A DNA stretch of 64,000 nucleotides from NCBI GenBank assembly GCA_964016885.1, contig OZ024743.1, forward strand, positions 158,348,001-158,412,000, written 5' to 3'. Below, in pieces: positions 14,100 through 27,155 of this stretch. Numbering within the stretch: position 1 is the stretch's first letter; every line of letters starts with the position of its first letter. The notes beneath the pieces were generated by a model. That model did no database searches. It was not told where the DNA came from and saw only the letters and a program-made list of their open reading frames with translations. Both the position numbers and the translations under genes were made by a program. This DNA comes from Eledone cirrhosa. Taxonomy: Eukaryota.

Positions 14100-15175
14100 T
14101 CATCATCATCAACATCATCATAATCATCATTCGACATCCATTTTTCCATGCTTGCATGGGTTAGATGGGTTGTCACATTATGAGACAAGTCAGGTCCAAA
14201 GAACATGCTCATACGGTTCAATATTTTGGCTTGGTTTCTATGGCTGGATACCCTTCTTAACACCAACCACGTTACGGGATGGACTGAGTGCTTTTTATCA
14301 TGGCACCAAAATTGCCATCTAACAGGGTGGACTAGGTGTTTTTGTCATGTCACCAGTACGACCACCTTACAATGGTGACTGGGTCACTTTTTTCATGTCA
14401 CCAACATGGCCACCTTAAAGGTTGGATTGGGGGGCTTTTCTTGTTGTGGAATTGGATCAGTATACAGGGTGAACTTAATGCTTTTTGTCATGGCAACATC
14501 ATTATGGGAGATCAGATGTAGAGTGTGTCCAGCTTTCATGATTATATATGTAGGTTGAGGAGGTGAGGTGTATCAGAGGTGAGGGTTTGGAGGGTGGAGT
14601 CAGGTAAGCAAGTTCAACATCAACAAGGTGCATGGGATATTTAGTAGGTGAGGGCAGGGTAATATGATTTGGAAAAGTAAATGAGTAGGGGTGAAAAGAA
14701 GTTGCATACAGACCGGTGTGTCCTCTCCATGTTTGTTTCATTTCATTTGTGCACATGGGAAGGTGAGTCTTTCGCATGACACCAGAGATCTCAATTCTGT
14801 GTTATCTCCTTTATGAGGTTTAATTGGGCAAAGTCAGCTTTTATCACTTCATCCCAAGCTTTCCAATGTCTTCTTCTTTCATAGTTACTGTTGACTTTGA
14901 GTGCCCTGCACCTTTTTATGCAGTTATCCTTCTCCATACATATCATATGTCCAAACAACTGCAATCTCCTCTCCTGTACATTGCATCTAGCCCCTCTTAT
15001 GCTCAGTTTCTCTCTCAGTTCATTGATGCTTTGTCATTCATGCACATTACTATTACACATCTACCAGAGTATGTAAGCTTCGTTTTTTCACAATCTTTGT
15101 AGGTCCTCTGACCATATTGCCCATGTCTCACTTCCATGCAGTGTTGCTGTTCATACATTGTTTTTTGCCTACTAG
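14100..15175 (-). mobile_element. RTE 3' end with ~42-bp tandem repeats in 3' UTR
   Basis: (CAT)n tail + ttccatgcttgcatgggtt; FGHMI motif; repeated ggactg..ttttgtcatg.cacca units 14270-14500. Confidence 0.75.
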
Positions 15176-16451
15176 GAATCTAGCTGATAGTCTCTTGTAC
15201 ACAACATACATTAACTTTCTTTCCTTCTAGCATCTTTAAAATTTCTCCTGGTCTTCCTTTGTGCATACATTGATGTTGGCAGCCCTGAAGTTTTAAATTT
15301 ACCATAAGAGGTAAAAGAAGAGGATGATGAGTTCTTAGGGAGGATGATAAATTGATGTTGGCTTTCCATGTGTATGTTGGTCAGAAAACAGAGAAAATAC
15401 TGGGTTAGGGTTGTTATGTATTTTGTATATATAAGTCCTTGTGTATCTCAGTTTTTAGAATAGATTCAACATACCCCTGCATGTCATAAAAGGTGACTAA
15501 AAGATTTGGCCTGAGGAAGGATATCTGCTTGGAAAACATTGTCTCAAAACATGCTAGCCAACAAATGCCACATGGAAAAGTGGATGCAAAAAGAAATATG
15601 TATATATTTGGTCAGGTTGCTCTCAAGTGCTACTGGTAACTTGTAACCTAAGCAACCTTGTTGCAAACCAAAATGGTGTTCGGCAAGGTTGTTCCATCAC
15701 ACTCCACATACTTGCTCTTCACCATATGGTATAACTCACGTCCACTTTTTCATACTTGCATGGGTTGAACGGGTTCTTCTCAGCACAGCATCTCTCCACA
15801 CATCGCAATCCTTTGTCACTGCCTTTGTAAATCAAGGGTGTTTCTGGCCTATATAGAAATGATCCTTCTGTATGGTTTGGAGTTGTGGATATTGAATGCT
15901 GTTCACTGCAAGAGACTCGATAATAGATAGACCAGAATGCTATACTCAGCATACAACACCTGGAGATGTCTTCCAACAAACAAGTCTCTGTATGGATCTC
16001 TGCCTTGCATTTCTGATGTTGTGAGGCCAGCCATGTCACTTGCCTTGATGAACTCATTCAAATATTGCATCTCTGGACTCCAGATGTCAGTGACCAGGCT
16101 GTAGTATTTATGGTCTTAGCTTTGACAGGCCAGAGTCTTCTCAACCTACATAGCGGGCATGAACCTACAGTTATTATCAAATGAATATATTCCATGGACT
16201 ACTCCTGTTTTGCTCACTCAGGTTTTCTAACAAAAATAACAATTACAAATTAAACACATCTAAGATTTAACTCTATTAATGTAGTGCACAACAGTAAAGG
16301 AAAAATAAAACTGGTAAATTAAAGCTAATTTCTCAAGACATTGTCACTGTAATTATCATTCCAACTTCACTTTTTGTATCAGCCTCCAGACGTAGGCTGG
16401 CATTTACGTCAAATATAAGTTAACAACTAAAGAAGGTAGCATGTGTTTGCA

Positions 16452-16500
<49 letters not shown>

Positions 16501-16547
16501 CCAAACCCATGCAAGTGTGGAAGATGGACGTTAAATGATGATGATGA

Positions 16548-16585
<38 letters not shown>

Positions 16586-16676
16586 TTTTGAGTACAGGAA
16601 CTGGGCATATCAGAGTATTGACAATATTATACACCTCAACAACATATGTACTTGTCTATACCACACTAATTCGGAC

Positions 16677-16727
16677 TGCCTGAAGAGGTCACAGCCAAAG
16701 ATGGCTGTCACTGAAATATATATAGCA
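16677..16727 (+). ncRNA. Minimal type-I hammerhead ribozyme (Penelope-type)
   Basis: tgc|CTGAAGA|g gtcacagcca aaga tggctgtcac t|GAAA|tatat ATA|gca; palindromic stem III; AATAAA downstream. Confidence 0.75.
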
Positions 16728-16799
16728 CTGAAATATATATAGCAAATAAACGAAGCTAAATTTTAAACATTTGACTTTTTATTTAACTTTATTTTATTT

Positions 16800-16845
<46 letters not shown>

Positions 16846-16852
16846 ACATACA

Positions 16853-17299
16853 TTAGCTGCCGAGATGCTGAAGGCATCTGGGTCTGTAGGTCACACTATA
16901 ACCACACGTATTGTTAACCAGGTAATACTAGAAGGTGTCATACCAAAAGATTGGTGCAGTAGCATCATTGTCAACTGCTACAAAGGTAAAGGTGATGCAC
17001 TCGATAGAGGAAACTATAGAGGTATAAAGCTGATGGACCAGGTCATGAAAGTAACAAAAAGAGTTATAGCACAGTTGATTAGGGACTGGGTGAAAATAGA
17101 TGAGATGCAATTTGGGTTTGTACCAGGAAGAGGCACCACTGATGCCCTCTTCCTTGTGAGGCAGTTACAGGAAAAGTACCTAGCTAAAAGTAAGCCACTC
17201 AACCTGGCATTCGTCGATCTCGAGAAAGCCTTTGACAGAGTTCCACGTGCTGTAATCTGGTGGGCTCTTAGAAAACTAGGAGTAGATGAATGGCTTGTG
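16853..17299 (+). mobile_element. RTE RT internal fragment, open frame
   Basis: NYRGIKL, QFGFVPGRGTTDA, FVDLEKAFDRVPR. Confidence 0.9.
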
Positions 17300-17677
17300 G
17301 GAGATTATTGCATATAAAAGTTTACATATATATATACATACACATACATATATACATACATACATATATACATATATATGTATGTATGTTCACATGCATA
17401 TACATATATATGTATATATAAATATATATATAAAGACACAGAAGCGAAAACCAACCAAACAGTGAGTGTGTTCTGTTATTAATTCTGGCAATATTATTAC
17501 ACAAATATGACCCTCCCCAAGTATAACAATATGTATATATATACATTATTGCATATAAAAGTTTACATATATATATACATACACATACATATATACATAC
17601 ATACATACATACATATATATGTATGTATGTTCCCATGCATATACATATGTATGTATATGTATATATAAATATATATA

Positions 17678-20330
17678 TCATCATCATCATTGTTTTTACA
17701 CCTGTTTATCCAAGCTTGCATGGGTTGGGCAGGTCCTTCTCGGCATGCTATTTCTCCACACATTATGATCATTTGTCATCGCATCTGTGATTCACAGTGA
17801 TTTGAGGCCAGCTCTCACAACCTCTGCCCAGGTTTTTTGGGGTCTACCTCTACAGTGGCTTCCTTCCACTGACATTTCCTGGCACTTCTTCACCCAACAA
17901 TCATTGTCCATGCACATCACATGTCCAAACCAACACAATCTTCTCTTCTGTACACCATCTCAGATTTCTCTTAAACCCAGCTCCTCCCTCAACTCATCCA
18001 AGCTCTGACTTTCTCTCACACATACATTGCACATCCAACAGAGCATGGCTGCTTCATTTCTCTCCTGTCTACTTCCTCTGTAGCTTCAGTCCATGTTTCA
18101 CTACCATGCAGCAATGTAGCATTGTACTTCGCACACAGACACCATGCAGTTATCCTTTTTTCCTCCTATCCTTATTCTAGTTGTTGTGCTCTCAGAGCAC
18201 TCTCCTTCATTTCTAATTATGTCACCTAGATAGCATAAGCTATCAACCACTTCCTGTAACTGAAATAGGTTTACATCATTGGCTATTTTCCTCTCAGTTC
18301 TGCTGTGCATCTTCAACAAACAAAATCTTCCCTTCCTGTTAGTCTACCCATTATCCCACTACATCGCTTGTGTACCAAAGATTTACATTGTGTACATCGT
18401 ATTGAGTTTATGCCTACTCCCTTTCTACATATTGAGCAGGGCCACTTCCCCGAAGGAATCTGGATCCTATCTTCTCTCCTACTCACTAAAACTTAAGTTT
18501 TGGCTAAGTTTACTCTCGGGCCTTTTGATTCTAAATTCTGTTTCCATAGTCAGAATTTATTTTCTAGTTCTTTAATGAATTTGGCTATAAGGACCAGATC
18601 ATCTGCATGGAGAAGTTCCCATGGGCAGCCCATTTTAAACTCCTCTGTTATGGTCAGAAGAACTATAATGAATAGTTGTGGGTTAAGAACTGAACTTTGA
18701 TGAACTCCTACCTGTACCTTGAATTCCTCGCTAAACTCTTTTCCTTCTCTCACTTTGATGACAGCTCCTCTGTACATAGCTTGCACTACTCTTACCAACC
18801 ATTCTTCTACACCTAATTTTCTTAGGGACCACCAGATTATAGAGTGGGGTGCACTGCCTAATGCTTTTTCTAGGTCAACGAAAGCTAGGTATAGTGGCTT
18901 ATTTTTGGCTAAGAACTTCTCTTGTAGTTGCCTCACTAAAAAGAAGGTGCCTGTAGTATTTATCCAGGCATGAGACCAAACTGCATTTCATCTAATCTGA
19001 CTCTTTCTCTAATCAACACTTTCCATCACTTTCATAACTTGATCCATTAGTTTTATTCCTCTATAGTTGCTCCAATGGCTGGCCCTTCTGTTTGACAAGT
19101 TAGGGGTAGTTTTTTTTCCCCTCCCATTCATTCTCTACATTTATCAGTCTCTCATAGTAACATTTCCAAGCCTCTTTCTTTTGAACATTAATGGTTCTAA
19201 ATACACCGGTGTCATTTCTAACACACTTTTCCCCAACAATATACCAATTTACACTGACACACTACCTTGCAATGCAGAACACTTTGTGTCTCTGATCCTC
19301 ATGTCTCAGAACATTGGCAAACTTTCTTTCTTAAGCCTCTCTCTGAGTTGTGTATACTTTTTACCTAGCTTCCCTCTTAGCCACTGGTACTGGTCTCTGC
19401 TACCCCCATTTTTCAAGCCTGTTTCCACTGAACTGTTCCACCACCAGGTCTCCCTCAGACTGACTGGTGTTCTACTCCAGCCACAAATCTCGTCAGTAGT
19501 TTGCAAAAGATTGTCACATAAGAATTTACAGTTGTCCCCTACATCATAGATGTCTACCTTGTCAATTCTCTAATCAAATGCATCCTGTAGGGCCTTTCTA
19601 AACTTATATTTAACCAAGAGGTCTTTTAGCTTCCAGATCCTCCATCTCCATATTTTTCTGCATGTCTTTTTCTGCCTCATGCTTATTTTGATGTCACTAA
19701 TAACAAACTTGTACTGAGCAGTGCATTCATCCACAGGGAAGGCCTTAGTATTTATTACAGTTAGTTTGTCTAGTTGTTTAACAAATAAATAATCAATTTG
19801 GCTTTTGTGTTTGCCAGATTGATATGAGATCAGGTGGCTAGCAGATTTCCTGAAATTTGTGTTGCAAATGGTTAGTTCATTTGAATCACAGAATTCTAGG
19901 AGTCTCAATCTCTCTTCATTTCTTGAGCCATAACCATAGCCACCGTGAATTCGTCCTGGTACTGTCCCGCATGTCCATTGAAGTCACCCGTCAGGAAGAT
20001 GAGGTCACCTTTATCAGTACTTGAAGTTGTCTGTAAAAGTTCTTCATAAAATCTGTGTTTTTGTTCATTATTCAGTCCTACCTATGGGGCATAGGTAGAT
20101 GTAATTGTCAGCATTCTATTTCCTACTGCTAATCTAAGCGTGATAATTCTGTCACTTACTCTAACTACTTCTATCACTTTATCCATTTCTCAGCTTGTAA
20201 AACCCCTACACCTCCTACCCCATCATCATTTCCTATCCAGTAAAGTTTATATCCATGCTGTTTGCCTGTCAATCATCTTGCTGAGGCACCCCGCTATCTC
20301 ACCTTTTGTACACACAAATGTCCACTTCTC
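17678..20330 (-). mobile_element. Near full-length degenerate RTE LINE (APE + RT with PHD insert)
   Basis: LLEFCDSNELTICNT..SQIDY (APE), FVDLEKA, GVHQSSVLNP, HADDLVL; (CAT)n tail at 17678. Confidence 0.9.
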
Positions 20331-20489
20331 TCCTCTCTAGCAGTTCCACAATTTCACCCGATTTACCTTTCAGGGTGCCAACATTGAAGGTGTCAGTTGT
20401 TATTTCCTTTGGTAAAAGTTTTATATATCTGAAAGGGAAAAGGGTTATGCCATTGCTTAAACATGGTCAAGGGGTTCTCACACATATAG

Positions 20490-22710
20490 TGCTTGAATTT
20501 GAGCAGCGCATAGCAACCAACCCTGACAGTAAGGTGTTCTGGAAGTATGTTCACTCAAAGCAGAGGCCTCACTCTCCAGTTGGTCCTCTTTACAATCCCC
20601 ACACAAGCCAGGTTACTGACAACCCCAAGGAATGCACAGAACTCATTGCTGAATGCTATGCAGGCATTTCAATGTTGAAGACCAGAATGTACCATCTCCA
20701 CCACTTCTTACATCGGATTCTATTACAACTATGGAATTTACACCTGCAGTGTTACAACGTCACTTTAAAAATAAATCCAACCATGCCTCTCCTGGTCTTG
20801 ATGGTGTTATGTACCTGCTTCTCAAACATGGTTGGTACTTCCTTCTGCACCAGCTATCACGCTTCTTCCAATTCTGTCTGAACAACGGTGTTACTCCAAA
20901 ACAGTGGAAAACTGCCAGTGTCATTCCTCTGTTCAAAAAGAGTGACCACACATCACCATGAACTATCGTCCAGTCTTACTAGCTGCATTGCCAAACTGAT
21001 GGAATCCTGTGTCAGAGAAACACTTTGGAACTTCTGGAACTCTCAGTCTTATCCAGCCCTCGCAATTTGGATTTATCCCTAACTCTAGTTGCTGTGATCA
21101 ACTTATCGAGTTTCTTGAAGACATCACTCAGATCACTGATGGCGGCTCATGGGTGGATATTGTTTACCTTGACTTTGCTAAAGCTTTCAATTCTGTGCCA
21201 CACAAAAGATTTATGGCAAAACTCTCTGCAATGGGTGTGAAGGATGATCTTTTTAACTGGTTGAAATCCTTCATTCTCAGTCGAAGAGAGGTAGTCACAG
21301 TTCTAGGACAGCATTCCTCACCATATGAGATGTCATCTGATGTACCACAGGGATCTGTTCTTGGCCCATTTTTGTTTGTGGCATATATTAATGACATAGA
21401 TGCCAACTTAAAGAATACCACAGCACTGAAATATGCAAATGACATCAAGCTGTACCTTGAGATAAAAAGGACAGATCCTGAACACTACAGATCTGCAATC
21501 TGACCTGGACACAATGCAACAATGGATCACGGACTGGCAACTGAAGCTGGCTGTGGACAAGTGTACCACTATGCATTTTGGAAGTAAAAACCCACTGGCC
21601 ATATACTCCCTCCACAACACTAATATCAAGAAGTCTTCTTGTGAATGTGACCTGGGCATTACTGTCAGCAGCGATTTGTGTTGGACGAAACATGTCTCTA
21701 AAATTGTCAAGAAAGCCGAGGGTGTCTTAGCATCATTCAGCAAGACCTTTGTCAGCCGCTCTCCAGCTATCTATTTAAAGTTGTATATGGAGGCACATGG
21801 CTTAGTGTTTAGAGCATTGGCCTTACAATCGAAAGGTTGTGAGTTCAATACTCAGACCGGGTGATGTGTTGTTTCCTTGAGCAAGACACTTTATTTCACA
21901 TTGCTCCAGTTTACTCAGCTGTAGAAATGAGATAATAGGGACTCCAGTCCCTATCATTCCACTGTAAAGTGGTCGTGGAGGTGCCATGGCAAAAAAGCAC
22001 CCAGCACTCACTGTAAATGAGGTTGGTGTTAGGAAGGGCATCCAGCTGTAGAAATCAAGCCAGCATCAGTTCCCGTCCCACCCTTGCAAGCAGGGAAAAA
22101 GCGGACGTAAAATGAAATGATAGCTATGGTGCGGCCACACTTAGAATTTGCAACACCAGTCTGGAAACCCCTATCTTGCTCAGAACATTGACCTCCTGGA
22201 AACTGTTCAGAAACGTGCATCCAAGCGAATACACTCCATCAGGCATCTACCATACTCTGAACGCCTTGCTTCCCTGGGCATGGGTACATTGAAGCTCCAA
22301 CGTCTGGCAACTGACTTGGTAAACACCCACAAAATTATTAACCATCTTGCCAACAACAACCCGAGTACCTCTTTGACTTCCATGTGTCTAACACACATGG
22401 GCATCCCAACAAAGTCAGAAAACAGCACAGCTCCCATGACTTTCGGAAACATTTTTTCACGCTCAGAGTTGCTGAAGCATGGAACAAACTACCTGCATCA
22501 GTTATTAGCTGTCCTTTAAAACCTCCATGCTTCCTGAGATTCGCCAACACTACACCTAATATTCCCCCTCCATTCACATGCACACATGTATATCATGATT
22601 CATACACTATTCACTTCCCTGACATTTGTATATTATTCTATGTACTATACATGCACCTTTGATGAGTTGTAGTGCACCTGAACACTGTACACAATAATTT
22701 CATTATTATA
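20490..22710 (+). mobile_element. CR1-clade LINE, 5'-truncated, with SINE insertion
   Basis: YLDFAKAFNSVPH, VPQGSVLGP, YANDIKLY, VRPHLEFA, FFTLRVAEAWNKLP; ATT tail at ~22702. Confidence 0.9.
21789..22120 (+). mobile_element. tRNA-head SINE with RTE-derived 3' tail (family B)
   Basis: tggcttagtg A box, gagttcaatac B box, ccttgagcaagacactt body, RTE end cccttgcaagcagggaaaaagcggacgtaaaatga; interrupts CR1 between LY and AMVRPH codons. Confidence 0.85.
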
Positions 22711-23240
22711 GATATGTATGTATATAAGTATGTATATAAGTATGTATATATCTATATATAACTCTGTGATTGTGTGCTTGTCTGTAATTTAATACAGCCA
22801 AAACAGTGCATAATGGGAAAATACTTTAAAAGGAAGTTGCCCCTGAAATGGGAATAGAAATGGAATAAAACAAGTTTCACATAAGTCAGAGCATGGGTTC
22901 CTGAGATATGGGTTTTTTTCCGGGTATCGTCATAGAGAGACAGAAAGATAGAGAGAAAGAGATAGTGGTTATAAAAGAGTAGATTGAAAGAGAGACATTG
23001 TGAGAGACAGAGAAGGAAAATGGAAGAGAGAGAAAGCTAGTGGTGTTGTTGAATGAAATTATAACCGGTGACTTCAAAAATCAAATATTTAGTATCCTGC
23101 TAAATAGAAAGGGTTTATAAGTCTGTGTGTTTATGTGTGTGTGTGTCTGTGACCAGTGTATATAGATCACAGACACCCACATATATATATATATATATAC
23201 ACACACACATATATATGCATACACACTCACACACACACAT

Positions 23241-23302
<62 letters not shown>

Positions 23303-23454
23303 GCACACACACACACATATATATATGGGCCTTCCAATTTCATTTTACATTATATACATATCTGTATATTTTAATTATTTTAAAATTATTTTTAAATGAA
23401 CATGATTTTGAAAAAATATTTTCAAGTGAATGTGACCCAACAGATCATGAGTGG

Positions 23455-24248
23455 TCTAGTATATATATATATATGTGTATATATATAAAATTAAGTATGT
23501 GTGTGTGTGTGTGTGTCTGTGTATTACCTATAGGGGCCTACATCTTACGACTGATTTTCATGAAACTTTACAGGCTCATAGATTAGTTATCGGGGAGTGT
23601 TTTCTATATATCAGCGTATCGTTTTTTTTTATTCCGGGGTCATTCTGCAGATAAAAATCGATAGGGGGGGGGGGGGGGGGGCGATCACCTTATTTTAGGA
23701 ATCGAAAAATATGATTTTTGCCCCTAGCTCCCACATATTGTCACCGATTTCGTTCAAATTTTAAAGCAAAATAGAATTTATCATTGCAAAACCTATAATA
23801 GCTTTATATTTTGAATTTGTTGGTCAGGGACGGCGTGGCAGCCGCTTAAATATTCAAAAGTGCCACATTTAGACTCGAATTTCCACTTTTTCGGCTCTAG
23901 CTCCCACATTAATCAACCTACTTTGTTCAAATTTTACACTACGCTAGATCTGATTATTTCACGTCTTAAAATGGGAAAATACCACCACCTTTTCGCTCAA
24001 ATTTCTGCTTTTCGGCTCTAGCTCCCACATTTTTCAACCGATGTTGTTCAAATTCGAAACTCCCTCCCCAGCATGCCCTTTCGTCAGTCACCCGCGTTTC
24101 TCAGTGATAGAGGTCATCACCACCCTCCCCCACATGGCCTGTGTGTGGCCATAGATGAGTCATCGAGAAGCAGTCGCTAAGATAAACACCTTTTCATTAA
24201 AGCAGATATTTTTTTACCTACCCAAGCAACGCTGGGTACTGCTGCTAG
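23455..24248 (+). mobile_element. Non-autonomous Helitron
   Basis: 3' hairpin taccca-agcaacgc-tgggta (24219-24238) then CTAG|T at 24245-24249; 5' tatatataaaattaag + (TG)n; three internal ctagctcccacat..gttcaaatt repeats; 5' boundary approximate. Confidence 0.75.
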
Positions 24249-24259
24249 TATATATATAT

Positions 24260-25862
24260 ATAATAATGAAATAATAATAATGAAATTATTGTGTACAGTG
24301 CTCAGGAGCACTACAACTCATCAAAGGTGCATGTATAGTACATAGAATAATGTACAAATGTCAGGAAAATTAACAGTGTATGAGTCATGATATAATAATA
24401 ATAATAATAATAATAATGAAATATTGTGTACAGTGCCCAGGTGCACCACAACTCATCAAAAAGTGCATGTACAGTACATAGGGCAATGCACAAACATCAG
24501 GAAAATGAACAGTAAACGAGTCATGATACACACATGTGTGCATGTGTATGGAAGGGGTACACCAGGTGTAGTTTTGGCATATTTCGGGAAGCATGAGTGT
24601 CTTAAAAGATGCAGTGTCTCGGCAGCTAACAACTGACGCAGGCAGTTTGTTCCATGCTTCAGCAACTATAAGCGTGAAAAAATGTTTCCGAAAGTCATGG
24701 GAACTGTGCTGTTTTCTGATTTTGTAGGCATGTCCACGTGTGTTAAACACATGGAGATCAAAAAGGTGCTCAGGGTTGTTGTTGGCGAGATGGTTAATAA
24801 CTTTGTGGGTATTTACCAAGTCTATTGCCAGATGTCTGAGCTTCAATGAATCCATGCCCAGGAAAGCAAGGCGTTCAGAGTATGGTAGGTGTCTGATTGA
24901 GGTTATGCAGTTGGCTGCACGTCTCTGAACAGTTTCCAGGAGGTCAATGTTCTGAGCAAGATAGGGGTTCCAGACTGATGATGCGAATTCCAAGTGTGGT
25001 CGCACCATAGCTGTATACAGTTTTAAATAGATGGCTGGAGAGCGGCTAACAAAGGTCTTGCTGAGTGATGCCAAGACACCCTCGGCCTTCTTGACAATCT
25101 TAGAGATATGCTTTGTCCAACGCAAATCGCTGCTGACAGTAATGCCCAGGTCACATTCACAAGAGGACTTCTTGATATCAGTGTTATGGAAGGAGTATGT
25201 GGACGCTGGATTTTTCCTCCCAAAATGCATGGTGGTACACTTGTCCACAGCCAGCTTCAGTTGCCAGTCTGTGATCCATTGCTGCATTGTGTCCAGGTCT
25301 GATTGTAAGAAAGAGTTGTAAATTTCAGGATCAGTCCTTTTGATTTCAAGGTACAGCTTGATGTCATCTGCATATTTCAGTACCGTGGCATTCTGTAAGT
25401 TGACATCTATGTCATTAATATATGCCACAAACAAAAGGGGACCAAGAACAGATCCCTGTGGTACACCAAATGACATCTCATATGGTGAAGAATGCTGTCC
25501 TAGAACCGTGACTACTTCTTTTCGGCTGAGAATGAAGGATTTCAACCAGTCGAAAAGATCATCCCTCACACCCATTGCAGAGAGTTTTGCCATAAGTCTT
25601 TTGTGTGGCACAGAATTAAAAGCATTAGCAAAGTCAAGGTAAACAATATCCACCCATGAGCCGCTGTCAGTGATCCGGGTGATGTCTTCAAGGAACTCGA
25701 TAAGCTGATCACAGCAGCTGGAGTTAGGGATAAATACAAACTGTGAGGGCCGGATGAGGCTGTGAGAGCTCCAGAAGTTCCAAAGTGTTTCTCTGACACA
25801 GGATTCCATCAGTTTGGCCATACAGCTAGTAAGACTGACTGGACGATAGTTGACAGGTGACA
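24260..25862 (-). mobile_element. Young CR1 LINE with uninterrupted RT frame, plus extra 3' end copy at 24260-24390
   Basis: 512-aa ORF with NYRPVSLTS, GVPQGSVLGPLLF, YADDIKLY; (ATT)n tail; ORF start lies in flanking microsatellite, so 5'-truncated. Confidence 0.95.
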
Positions 25863-25921
25863 TGCGGTTGCCCTTTATGTTACACACAGATGTATGTATA
25901 TATATATATATATATATACAC

Positions 25922-27155
25922 ACTTAAAATTAACCTGGCTAAGACTAAAGTTCTAGTTTGTAGGAAAGAAAATAAAGCGGCGGTCCCTTCTGGGAAATGG
26001 TCATGCTCGGTGTGTAGGAAAGGCGTAGGTAGAAACTCCATTTTATGTCCTAAATGCAAAGTATGGATGCATAAAAGATGTAGTGGGATCACAGGTAAGC
26101 TAACTAAGAACATAGATTTTACATGTGGCCAGTGCTCTGGTGCAATAAGTAGCAGCAAGTGCCCACAAAATACTAGCTCTTTCAATTGCGCAGAGGGTTC
26201 TATAGAAATAGTGGACAGCTTCCATTACCTGGGTGATAAAATCAACAGTGGGGGAGGGTGCTCTGAAAGTACAGTAGCTAGAGTCAGAACTGGTTGGAAA
26301 AAGTTCAGAGAGCTTATACCACTATTAGCTGCTAAAGGGTTCTCCCTAAAAATGAAAGGCAGGTTGTACGATGCCTGCATACGAACAGCAATGTTGCATG
26401 GCAGTGAGACCTGGGCATTGTGTGCAGAGGATATACGCTGGATGTGTAACAGTAATATACGTGAACGGCAAAGCATAAACGAACTAAGGAAAAAATTAGA
26501 AATAAGAGGGATCAGATGTTGTTTACTCAAGAGAAGGCTACGTTGGTATGGACACGTGATGCGCATGAAAGTCGATAGCTGTATAACAAAGTGCAGGGCA
26601 ATAAAGATAGACGGTAGCCACGGAATAGGCAGACCTAGAAAAACCTGGGACGAGCTGATAAACTCCGACCTCACACACTTACACCTCTCCAAAACAATGT
26701 CACTGGACCGAGACCTTTGGCGGTACTCAGTAACAGAGAAGACCCGCCTTACCTAAATACATAGTAAAACCTACTACAGCCAGTAGGCATCTCTAACAAA
26801 ATACCCCCCCGTCCCACCACCACCACCCCCACCCCATCCACACCACCCCGTTCTATGTAAAGTTATGTTGGTGCCACACCATCCAGGCCGAAACAAATGA
26901 GATCGTGTAGGTGTCACGACAAAAAAAACACACAGTCCACGCTGTAATGTGGCCGTGTAGGCAACACGGTAAAAACCTCCCAGACCCACACTGTAAATGT
27001 GGTTGGTGTTAGGAAGGGCATCCAACTGTAGAAAACCTGCCAGACAGTCCTATGCGAGCAAGACAATCACTCTTGCCTCAAGTGGGACTACCCCCGTCCA
27101 AACCCATGCAAGCGTGGAACACGGACGTTAAACGTTGATGATGATGATGATGATG
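25922..27155 (+). mobile_element. Young RTE LINE 3' half (PHD + RT C-terminus + 3' UTR + (GAT)n tail)
   Basis: CSVC..CPKC..HKRC..CGQC, FHYLGD, LHGSETW, RLRWYGHVMR, GRPRKTW. Confidence 0.95.

Noticed and set aside
14270-14500. CRISPR-like spaced repeats
   Set aside because: Degenerate tandem units in an RTE 3' UTR, eukaryotic context, no cas genes
24385-25923. 512-aa ORF as host or domesticated gene
   Set aside because: 5'-truncated CR1 RT; start and end lie in microsatellite and tail sequence
25857-26756. Overlapping divergent ORFs suggesting a bidirectional two-gene element
   Set aside because: Independent CR1 and RTE truncations abutting one (TA)n tract; overlap is repeat read-through
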